Both the position numbers and the translations under genes were made by a program. The notes under the pieces are model-generated. The model did no database searches. It was not told the DNA's origin and worked only from the letters and a program-made list of their open reading frames with translations. Of a DNA stretch of 64,000 bases, positions 41,631 to 49,882 are shown piece by piece. Source of the DNA: Bryobacterales bacterium (GTDB taxonomy: Bacteria > Acidobacteriota > Terriglobia > Bryobacterales > UBA6623); contig JAPPMG010000066.1 of the NCBI GenBank assembly GCA_028819215.1, positions 21,752-85,751 on the forward strand, written 5' to 3'. Numbering within the stretch: position 1 is the stretch's first letter; every line of letters starts with the position of its first letter.

Positions 41631-43982
41631 ATGAGTCGTGGGTTTGAACTGGCTGCGAATCGTGCGACCGACTTCGTAACGGGCATGGCGGGCTGCCTGC
41701 TCGGGGCGTGGCTCGTGAACGCGCTACGCACCTCATGCACGTGGATCTTGCTGGCATTCGGTGACGCCGAATTGCTCGAGGGTCGCTTTGGCGCGCAGGT
41801 GGCGCTGCCGCATGGCACACCTTGGATCCTGCACGCGCTACAAGAGTTTGGCCCGCTGCTGCTCACTGTGGTCGCCTTCGGAGCGGCGGCGTGGCTGGCC
41901 TGCCGCACTAGGTTGGCAGCCTCGCTCGCATCCGCATGCGTGGCATTCTGGCTCGGCGCCTCGCTCTGCATCGAGCTGCTGCGGTACGGGTGGGCCAGCC
42001 GCGGGCCGTTGGAACTGTTGCTGCAATCCTTGGGCGTGCCGCAGGGCGGTGAGTTCGTGCAACGAGTGCTGGCAGTTTTGCTCGCGCTCGGCATCGGGCT
42101 GCTTCTGCGCTCCGGGCTGAGGCGATCCGGGCTGCTGCCGCTGAGCGCATTCGCCGCGCCGGCTTGCCTGCTGTACTTTCTTGTCGGGGATCTCCAACTC
42201 GACTCGCCGTTCCTGGCGCGCCTCGGTGCGAGTTACGTGCCCTTGGCGTTGGCGGTTGCGGCCACTGCGGCGGCATCGTTTCCGTGGCGCACTTGGCAAA
42301 AGCCCTCGTTGCGAAGCGCGGCGATTCTGTCGGTGGGGGCCGGGTTGGCGGTGGCCCTGCCGATTCCACCCCCATCGCGCAATGATTCGGTCGCTTGGGC
42401 CGAATTGGCATCTGACCATTGGAGCGTCCGATTCGACCGGGCTCGATTCACGCCTGAGGCCCGGCGCCTCTGGGTCGAGCGCGCCGACGAGCGATTGCCG
42501 CTCTACCGAGAACGGCTGGGACTGCCCTCGTCGAACGGGCGGATCTCCGTGCACGTGACCGACTCGGAGCGGGTGATGCGCAGTCTGGGCGCCGGGCGCA
42601 ACGTCGCCGATAGTTTCGCTTTGGACACGACGAGCGGCGCGGTGCTGATGGGCACGCCCGATCTCTTGCCGGAAGATCCGCGCTCGGAGCCGCTGCTAGC
42701 CATGCGCGAAGCCTGGGGCGTGCCCGGATCGGGAGCGATGGCCCTAGCACTGGCTCGCTACGCTGTTGGCCAATATGAAGGCTTGGGCTTGCGGGAGGCG
42801 GCCTCCCGGATCTCCTGCCAAGAAGCCCGCTATACGGCCGCAGCAGCGTTTGGCATCGAAGGCCGCCAGCTTTCCCCGCTTGCTCGCGACGCCGTCGGCG
42901 GGGCGTGGGTCGAGGGTGTCGCCGCGAAGCACGGAACCTCAGTGCTAGAGACGCTGTACCGCCAACCAGCGGAGGCCTCGTTGCAGCTCTGCACGAACTG
43001 CATTCCGCCCTGCGAGACGAGCATCCCGGCCACGAGACCTCCTGAGCGGACACCCGCGTATTTCAAGGGCATATCGTTCTCGCACGAAGGCCGGGGAGTT
43101 GGCGGCTACGGAAGCTTGGCTGCTGGTCGAGAGCTGGCCCGCATCCGCAATCTGGGCGCGAACACCGTCGCTCTGGTGCCGTATGCCTTCACGGCAGCGC
43201 CTGAGGAGACCTCCATTCGATTCCAGACGCTCGAAACGGATGCAAGGCTATCCAGGTCAGTGGCGCAGGCCCGGCGGGCCGGGCTCGCCGTCATGCTCAA
43301 ACCGCATCTCTGGGCAGGACGCCGATTTCACGGGGACATTTCATTCCGGGACGAGAGCCGATTCGACGCATGGTTCGAGGACTACCGAAGCTGGATGCTC
43401 CACTACGCACGGTTCGCGCAGGCCCATGGCGTGGAGGTCTTGTCCGTCGGCAACGAACTAGCCGGCCTGACGATGCGGGAAGAAGCCTGGCGAGGCTTGA
43501 TTGCGCAAGTCCGGCGGATCTACCGGGGTCCGGTGACCTACGCGGCGCACTGGGAGCGCGAACTCGAGCAGATCGCGTTTTGGGATGCCCTGGACTATAT
43601 CGGGGTCAACTTCTATTTCCCGATCGCGCGAGCGGGCGCATCTCCACAGCGTGATTCGCCCGAAATTCTAGCGGCCAGACACCGCATCAATGCGGTGCAA
43701 TCCGACTTCCAGCGACCGGTCCTGTTCACGGAGGTCGGCTTCCCCGCCCTCGCAACAGCGGCCAGCCGCCCTTGGGAGGAGAACAGCAGTGCCCTGGATG
43801 CCGAGCTGCAATCCCGCTGCTATGCGATCTGGCTGGAAGAGTTCTCCCAGGCCCCGGAGGTGAAGGGGATGTTCTGGTGGAAGTGGCCCAGCCACGGCCG
43901 AAGCAGCCCCTTCGACCCATCCCATCGCCCGCTTGCCAAGCCCGCGCTACGCGTGCTCGGGGAATGGTTCAAGCGCCTTTGA
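41631..43982 (+). CDS. Membrane protein with C-terminal GH113-like (clan GH-A) TIM-barrel glycoside hydrolase
   Basis: About 7 N-terminal TM helices; C-terminal VMLKPHLW, GNEL, TYAAHW, FWDALDYIGVNFYFP, FTEVG, GMFWWKW. Exact start uncertain. Confidence 0.75.
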   Translation: MSRGFELAANRATDFVTGMAGCLLGAWLVNALRTSCTWILLAFGDAELLEGRFGAQVALPHGTPWILHALQEFGPLLLTVVAFGAAAWLACRTRLAASLASACVAFWLGASLCIELLRYGWASRGPLELLLQSLGVPQGGEFVQRVLAVLLALGIGLLLRSGLRRSGLLPLSAFAAPACLLYFLVGDLQLDSPFLARLGASYVPLALAVAATAAASFPWRTWQKPSLRSAAILSVGAGLAVALPIPPPSRNDSVAWAELASDHWSVRFDRARFTPEARRLWVERADERLPLYRERLGLPSSNGRISVHVTDSERVMRSLGAGRNVADSFALDTTSGAVLMGTPDLLPEDPRSEPLLAMREAWGVPGSGAMALALARYAVGQYEGLGLREAASRISCQEARYTAAAAFGIEGRQLSPLARDAVGGAWVEGVAAKHGTSVLETLYRQPAEASLQLCTNCIPPCETSIPATRPPERTPAYFKGISFSHEGRGVGGYGSLAAGRELARIRNLGANTVALVPYAFTAAPEETSIRFQTLETDARLSRSVAQARRAGLAVMLKPHLWAGRRFHGDISFRDESRFDAWFEDYRSWMLHYARFAQAHGVEVLSVGNELAGLTMREEAWRGLIAQVRRIYRGPVTYAAHWERELEQIAFWDALDYIGVNFYFPIARAGASPQRDSPEILAARHRINAVQSDFQRPVLFTEVGFPALATAASRPWEENSSALDAELQSRCYAIWLEEFSQAPEVKGMFWWKWPSHGRSSPFDPSHRPLAKPALRVLGEWFKRL

Positions 43983-44206
43983 GAGCGGACACTCTCAATC
44001 GGCGGGACAAGTACCCGCGTCGAGGTCGGACACGGCGCGCGCGAGACAGACCGACAGTGCAACCTGCCCACCTTCGGTGCAGTCTGAGCAGAGCTAGCTA
44101 TGGTATCCTGTGTTGAAGCGGGGTCATTCAGCGTACTTTGTATGTTGTCCCGCAGGATCCATCTAGGGTGCGAGACTCTAAAGCGAACAGGAACCATTCG
44201 GCCCCA

Positions 44207-44617
44207 ATGGGACACAACATCTTTTTCGGCAACCTGCCGACATGGGTCACGGCGGACGATATCAAGTCGTGGCTGGATAGCAGTGACTTGGTGTGCGACG
44301 CCGTCCGCGTCATCCGCGACTTCGAGACGCAAGAATCCAAGGGCTACGCATTCGTGGAAGCTCCTAACGACGAGGAGATGCACGCCATCATCCGCCGCTT
44401 CAACCGCGCTCCGATCGACGGCAAGCTCCTGCGGGCCAAGGCCGCCCACCCCAAGGGCGAGCGCGACCGCAACCAAGGCAGCCGCAATGCGAAGGCCCAG
44501 CGAGGGGGGCGGCGGTCACCAGAGCGCCAGGCCAGGCCGCGCAAGGAAAAGGAAGCTGCGGACAACAAGATGGGCTCGCTGGGCGAGGCCTTGCGCAGGG
44601 CCCAGCAAGCCGAGTAG
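44207..44617 (+). CDS. RRM-domain RNA-binding protein
   Basis: RNP2 IFFGNL, RNP1 KGYAFVE, basic C-terminal tail. Confidence 0.9.
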   Translation: MGHNIFFGNLPTWVTADDIKSWLDSSDLVCDAVRVIRDFETQESKGYAFVEAPNDEEMHAIIRRFNRAPIDGKLLRAKAAHPKGERDRNQGSRNAKAQRGGRRSPERQARPRKEKEAADNKMGSLGEALRRAQQAE

Positions 44618-44647
44618 CGCAGCAGCCGGTTTCGCCTTCCCCGGCCC

Positions 44648-45982
44648 TCATGCAGCCGGGCGTTTCTGGTAGGCGGGCGGAGCGTCAGGATCGTTGCTTC
44701 CGCTCCCCTCGTAGCCGGGATGCCGCGGCGCGACGTCCGTCAGGATTCGCTCGCTCTGCGGATCAAAGCCCATCATGCGGCCAGTCCGGTAGGACTCCAC
44801 GCCCAAGCCGATCGCAACCATCACTTGGTAGCCGAACCACGCGTCGAAGATCGGCTTTTGGCGGGTTCGCACGCACTGCAGAAAGTCGCGCATGTGCGCG
44901 GTTCGCGCGGTCTGCTGGTCTCGATTGTCAACTTCGACTTCGAGCATGTCCGCGCCGGCTTGCTGGCGGAACGTCTCGGCATATAGGCGTTCGGGCGTCA
45001 CCCGAACCATGCCGGGGAGTATCGCGACAGCGGCACGCTGGCCGAAGAGGGCCGGGCCGTGGAGCCTGTTCGAGGCTTGGGATCCGCAAGAGCCCACTAA
45101 GTTCACGACGAGGTCGTCGTATTCGACAGTGGTCGAGTATGTGTCCGGCACCTCGCGGTTTCGGAAGAGATAGATTCCGCCATGCGCGCTCACCCGGCGA
45201 GGAAAGCGCGGCCCCAGCGCATGGAGCAGCGGACTGAGCCGGTGGTACAGGAAGTCGGTGCCGATCCCGCCGGAGAAATCCCAGTACTTGCGCCAGCGGA
45301 AAAACCGCTCGCCGCTGAACGGCTGCTCCGGCGCGCCGCCCAAGAAGCGCTGCCAATCCACCGTCGACGGATTGGCCTCTTCGTCCACGTAGTACTGCCA
45401 GACGCCGGCCGCGTGGTTCGAAGAGTAGCTCGACTGGGCCATCACGACTGGCCCGACCAAGCCGTTCTGCACCATCTCCCGTGCGCGAGCATACGCTGGG
45501 TCGGACACCCACTGGCTGCCGACCTGCAAGACCCGCCCCGTTTCCCGCGCGGTCTCGGCGATGGCCTTGGCCTCGGGGATCGTGCGCGACATGGGCTTTT
45601 CGAGGTAGACATCCTTGCCCGCGCGCATGGCGTCGATCGCCATCCTGGCGTGGAGGTGGTCCGGAGTGCAGATCACAACGGCATCCACGTCATCGCGGGC
45701 CAGCAGGTCCTGATAGTCATGGTGCACGTCGCGGTCGGCCAAGCCGATGAGCTCCTTGGCGCGGAACTTGGCACGGTCGTAGATGTCACTGGCTGCGACC
45801 ACGTCGATGGTTCCCTCGCCGCGCATCATGGGCAGCAACCGCCGCTGCAGGTGCCGCGTGCCGATATTGCCGACGCCGATGATCCCGGCCCGGACACGGT
45901 CGTTGGCTCCGGGAACCCGGGCAGCTGACGCAGCAACGGCACTTCCGATGAAGGCACGACGCGCAAGAAGGGACTGGCTCAT
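44648..45982 (-). CDS. Tat-exported Gfo/Idh/MocA oxidoreductase
   Basis: ARRAFI signal, GIIGVGNIG, TPDHLH, VYLEKP, WRKYWDFSGG. Confidence 0.93.
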   Translation of the reverse strand: MSQSLLARRAFIGSAVAASAARVPGANDRVRAGIIGVGNIGTRHLQRRLLPMMRGEGTIDVVAASDIYDRAKFRAKELIGLADRDVHHDYQDLLARDDVDAVVICTPDHLHARMAIDAMRAGKDVYLEKPMSRTIPEAKAIAETARETGRVLQVGSQWVSDPAYARAREMVQNGLVGPVVMAQSSYSSNHAAGVWQYYVDEEANPSTVDWQRFLGGAPEQPFSGERFFRWRKYWDFSGGIGTDFLYHRLSPLLHALGPRFPRRVSAHGGIYLFRNREVPDTYSTTVEYDDLVVNLVGSCGSQASNRLHGPALFGQRAAVAILPGMVRVTPERLYAETFRQQAGADMLEVEVDNRDQQTARTAHMRDFLQCVRTRQKPIFDAWFGYQVMVAIGLGVESYRTGRMMGFDPQSERILTDVAPRHPGYEGSGSNDPDAPPAYQKRPAA

Positions 45983-46043
45983 GGCCAGTTCATTCTGTCA
46001 TAGCAGGGAGCTGCCGCGAACGCCGACAGCCTACGTGCCATGA

Positions 46044-46790
46044 CTACAAGGACTGCAGCATCTGCTTGGCCCGATCGATGCCGGGAAAGCGCCGCTCGTC
46101 GGCCAAGAACTCCGGCGTGTGCACGCAGCGCGTAGTCTCGCGCAACTGCACGGGATGTTTGACATGCAGCATTTCGTGGTAGAGCACGTACTCCAAGGCC
46201 AGCTGCGGCACGGCCTTGCGGTCGAGGATTCGGCTGATGGCGATCACGTCATGAGCGGGATCGTAGAAGCCGAGCCGCCTCCGCGAGGACCGGTAGCTCC
46301 AGCCCAGTTCCGGCTTGTGCAGACTAGAAGCGAAGTGCCTCGCGTTCAATCGATCGAATAGCGTGTCGAGATCGTAGACTTCTCCGGCCGCCGACAGGAC
46401 TCTCTTTCGCCCCCGATCCCTGCGGATCTCCAACATGCCCTGCTGCGTAGCCGGCGCGTGCACCCAGCGGTTGTACTGATCGCGTACTGCAGTGGAAACG
46501 CGCCTGCGATACAGCTTGGACAGCAGGATCGTGGCCAGCGCCTCGACGACTTCGGGCGGAGCTTGCTCCACGAGGTCGGAGATGTCCGCCCGGATGGTCG
46601 CAGTTGCGGCATCAAAGCGGATGCTGGATTTCAGCCTCGCGTAGCGTCGGTAGCGCACATCGAATTCGGGCGGCTCCGTGCGGGGCTTCAACCGTCGGAA
46701 TGCCCGCCGGAAGATGCTCTCGGGCTCTTCGACGTCCAGCAGCGGTTGCGGCGGCTCGACGCCGTTAGCGCGCTTGGCCGGGCGCGACAT
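46044..46790 (-). CDS. YgjP/SprT-like zinc metalloprotein (DUF45/M48-like)
   Basis: YVLYHEMLH zincin motif, downstream H..EF. Confidence 0.8.
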   Translation of the reverse strand: MSRPAKRANGVEPPQPLLDVEEPESIFRRAFRRLKPRTEPPEFDVRYRRYARLKSSIRFDAATATIRADISDLVEQAPPEVVEALATILLSKLYRRRVSTAVRDQYNRWVHAPATQQGMLEIRRDRGRKRVLSAAGEVYDLDTLFDRLNARHFASSLHKPELGWSYRSSRRRLGFYDPAHDVIAISRILDRKAVPQLALEYVLYHEMLHVKHPVQLRETTRCVHTPEFLADERRFPGIDRAKQMLQSL

Positions 46791-46815
46791 CGCTCACGCG
46801 CTTGCAGGTACGGTC

Positions 46816-47436
46816 CTAGCGCTTGGCAGCGCTGGTGCGCTGTGCGACATAGTCCAAGTAGCTGCGGTGAACCAATATGTGGAACGCAGGCTGCTTGAAC
46901 TCCTCGATCGCGTACAGGTATTTCTTCGAGCGCAGCTGGTACAAGACGTTGCGCACCCACGCCAGCTGGCTGCGGGTCATGCCCTTCTTCGAGATATCGA
47001 GGCAGGCACCGGTGAGATGGGCGGACGCCTTCGGGCCGGTGGCAGCGGCCGCGTTGCCGTTGCGACGCGCTAACTGACGCTGGTAGCTGACCGTCCGCAC
47101 CAAGCTGGTGACGCGCAGCGGGTGGCCGAAGCGGGCCCGAAACTGGCTGGCCAACCGCTCTAGCAGCAGGCGCGCCCACGGCCGCAAGTAGCGGTAGTCA
47201 GAGGGCACGGCGTGCAAGTAGTAGTCCCTCGTCTTCTCCTTGACCGGAACCAGCAATTCCAAGCGGGTCCAGCGCTGGAGCATCTCCTTATCCAGCATGC
47301 GCGACAGATGGTCGGCGTCGGCGAGGCGGTTCTGCTCGGCCTGCGAGAGCGAGGTGGCTCGCAAGCTCGGTGCGGCGCGGGCCACCACGGAAGCAGCCAA
47401 AACAATTCCAAACAGTATTGGAATCAATTTCCGCAT
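46816..47436 (-). CDS. DUF5715-like secreted protein (M15/Hedgehog-fold peptidase-like)
   Basis: Signal peptide, VTSLVRT..YQ..L...N.NAA, SAHLTGACLDI, FHI. Confidence 0.75.
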   Translation of the reverse strand: MRKLIPILFGIVLAASVVARAAPSLRATSLSQAEQNRLADADHLSRMLDKEMLQRWTRLELLVPVKEKTRDYYLHAVPSDYRYLRPWARLLLERLASQFRARFGHPLRVTSLVRTVSYQRQLARRNGNAAAATGPKASAHLTGACLDISKKGMTRSQLAWVRNVLYQLRSKKYLYAIEEFKQPAFHILVHRSYLDYVAQRTSAAKR

Positions 47437-47550
47437 TCTATAGAGATACCACAGCTCAGGACTTTCTTCTAGCCGAATCCCTCCCTGCGGGGTTTGCTGT
47501 CAAACTCCAGGGCGGACTGCCACAGCGGTCACGCTCTGATGCGCCCCGGC

Positions 47551-48132
47551 TCAGCCGCCCGCGCCGAAATCGACCGTCGGGGGAGCTTCGCGGTTCGACT
47601 CGTCGGTCTCGAAGTAGGCATCCTCTCGCGCGAAACCCGTCATCGAGGCGACAACGTTGGCCGGGAACTTCGCGATCGTAGCGTTGTAGGCCTGGACTGA
47701 CGAGTTGTACTTGCGCCGCTCGACGGCAATCCGGTTCTCCGTTCCGGCCAATTCGTCCTGCAGCCTGATGAAATTCTGACTGGACTTGAGATCGGGATAG
47801 TTCTCCACCACCACCAGCAGCCGCGAGAGCGCCCCGCCCAGCATGTCGTTGGCGGCGATGCGTTCGGATGGTGTCCGCGCTCCGCCCAATGCGGCGCGCG
47901 CCTCCGTGACTTGCCCGATCACCTCCTGCTCCTGGGCCGCGAAACCCTTGACCGTGTTGACCAGATTGGGAATCAAATCGGCGCGCCGCTGGATGACGTT
48001 GTCGACCTGTGCCCACGAGCCGCGAATATTCTCCCGGAGATCGACCATGGAGTTGTAGTGCCCGGTGAACCAGCCCCCAAGAAGCAGTGCGAGCAACAGC
48101 AGCGAGCCGATCGCGATGAGCGCGTATTTCAT
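47551..48132 (-). CDS. lemA: LemA family protein
   Basis: N-terminal TM, QRRADLIPNLV.TVKG, ENYPDLKS, L.GTENRIAVERR.YN. Confidence 0.95.
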   Translation of the reverse strand: MKYALIAIGSLLLLALLLGGWFTGHYNSMVDLRENIRGSWAQVDNVIQRRADLIPNLVNTVKGFAAQEQEVIGQVTEARAALGGARTPSERIAANDMLGGALSRLLVVVENYPDLKSSQNFIRLQDELAGTENRIAVERRKYNSSVQAYNATIAKFPANVVASMTGFAREDAYFETDESNREAPPTVDFGAGG

Positions 48133-48193
48133 GAGAACCTCTTGCTTCCACGGGGCCGCCAGCGCGACGCTGCAATGCCCCTCGATACCACAG

Positions 48194-48949
48194 TCACCCT
48201 CCTGCCGCCGTCGCTGCCTTGTCAATCCGATCGACGTGACCGGCCATCTTGGTGATCTCTTGAAGGTAGGCGAGAAACAGAGGCCGGAGCTCGGCATTGG
48301 CAATGCGCTGCGTTCCCTGCCGCAGCGCCAGGACTGTCTCGAACGGTTCCGGGGAAATCCCGAACGCTTCGGCTGCTTGCTGGAATACCTCGTGCTTCTT
48401 CACGGCGGTCTTGCGGCCATCCAGGATCACCGCATGCCGGAAGAGCGTGCTGAAGCTCGGCAACGAATCCGTCAGCAGGGCCCGCAGCGCCTTGGTGTCC
48501 TTCTGCATGCCGAGGTACCGTTCCCGAAGCCGTAGCAGCAGAGAGCGGAGCTCGTGTTCGACCTGATGGCGGTGGTGGGCGCTCTCGACTTCGATAGATC
48601 CTACGAGATCCTCCCCGTGCAGGATGCGGTAGGCCGCGCGAATGTCTAGGAATTCGATCGCGAACGCATCGCTGGCGTTCTGGATTTCCTCGACGGAGAG
48701 CACGATCGGCGCGGGCTGCTTTCGGTTCAGCCACCAGTTGACCGGCCCATAGGCCTGCTCGAGCTGCCTCTCGCCGATCTCCGCAAGCACGGCAAGGACG
48801 TTGAGGTCTGAGACACGCTCTTGGAAGTCGTCGGCGGCAGCGGAGCCATACAGCACCACGCTGACCAAGTCCTCCCCCAGAGCGTCGGAAAGGCGCCGAA
48901 CAAGTTCGTCGAGCAAGCGTTGCGTATCCAGCATCGTGCGGCCTACCAT
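48194..48949 (-). CDS. Pol-beta-superfamily nucleotidyltransferase with C-terminal helical domain
   Basis: LVSVVLYGSAA.DD....SDLNVL, F.IEFLDI, LHGED. Start (48949 or 48934) is coupled to the TPM stop. Confidence 0.8.
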   Translation of the reverse strand: MVGRTMLDTQRLLDELVRRLSDALGEDLVSVVLYGSAAADDFQERVSDLNVLAVLAEIGERQLEQAYGPVNWWLNRKQPAPIVLSVEEIQNASDAFAIEFLDIRAAYRILHGEDLVGSIEVESAHHRHQVEHELRSLLLRLRERYLGMQKDTKALRALLTDSLPSFSTLFRHAVILDGRKTAVKKHEVFQQAAEAFGISPEPFETVLALRQGTQRIANAELRPLFLAYLQEITKMAGHVDRIDKAATAAGG

Positions 48950-49743
48950 CCCCCAGAGGCGCCGCCGCCCCCGAAGCCGCCGCCCCCGAAGCCGCCGAAG
49001 CCGCCGCCCCCGAGACTTCTTCCAGCATATCCGCCCGCCATTCCCCCGGACATCCCGGCGAGCATCCAGGCGGTGGTCATCGGTCCGCCGCGCCAAGCGC
49101 CCCCAACCCTCCGCCGCCGCGTCAGCAACAGCGGCGCGAATATGAGCAGGGGCAGCCAGCCGCCGGGGCCGCGGCTGCGTTGTCGGCGGGAAGAGCGTAC
49201 GGGCTGGCCCGAAAGCGTGACGCCCGAATCCCTTGCGACGATGGTGGCAACCGCACTGACGCCGAATGCGACCGCGCCGCTGTAGTTGCCTTGCCGCAGG
49301 TAGGGAGTCATGCCGTCGCGGATCTCGCCGGCGAGACCGTCAGGGATGACGCCCTCCAAGCCGTATCCGACCTCGATTCGCAGGCGGCGTTCTTCGATGG
49401 CCAGCAGCAGCAGGACGCCGCGGTCGGCTTGATCTCCGACGCCCCAGTGCTCGGCGACTCGGTTCGTGTAGTCCTCAAGCGACTCACCGCCCAAGGACTG
49501 CAGGACGGCGACCGCGACTTCAGCGCCCGTCTTGGCTTGCAAGTCCTGGGCTAACGCCTCCAGGCTGGCGCGCATTCGCTCGTCGACCACACCCGCGTAG
49601 TCGTTGATGAAACCGCTCGGCTGTGGAAGCGGCTGTTGCCCGAAGAGCGACGCGAGAAGGAGGACGGAAAGGACCGCGCCGAGGGCGAGCTTAGACCACT
49701 TGGGGATGCGCCGTTTCGAACCGAGGAGGGACAAGGCGCTCAT
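48943..49743 (-). CDS. TPM-domain membrane protein
   Basis: INDYAGV, GAEVAVA, WGVG, GVLLL, RIEVGYGLEG.IPDG, TM helix, Gly-rich tail GGGGASGGW. Confidence 0.93.
   Translation of the reverse strand: MSALSLLGSKRRIPKWSKLALGAVLSVLLLASLFGQQPLPQPSGFINDYAGVVDERMRASLEALAQDLQAKTGAEVAVAVLQSLGGESLEDYTNRVAEHWGVGDQADRGVLLLLAIEERRLRIEVGYGLEGVIPDGLAGEIRDGMTPYLRQGNYSGAVAFGVSAVATIVARDSGVTLSGQPVRSSRRQRSRGPGGWLPLLIFAPLLLTRRRRVGGAWRGGPMTTAWMLAGMSGGMAGGYAGRSLGGGGFGGFGGGGFGGGGASGGW
48960..49012. repeat. Coding tandem repeat (GCCGCCGCCCCCGAA-like units) encoding the GGGGF tail of the TPM protein
   Basis: About 15-bp imperfect tandem units visible in the sequence. Confidence 0.7.
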
Positions 49744-49882
49744 CAGGGATGCCTTCAGTGTACTCCGGCACCGAGCGCTTCGGCTGGAACGCGTGCTGGG
49801 GCCTCGCCGCGCCTGTTTCACCGCCCGTGCCCCTCCGCTGCTCCCAACTTCGGCGAGAACTGCCGGATAATCAGGTACGACG

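Noticed and set aside
48960-49012. Tandem repeat as CRISPR or contingency locus
   Set aside because: No spacers; it encodes the ordinary Gly-rich tail of TPM proteins. No CRISPR array or cas gene was seen in the window.
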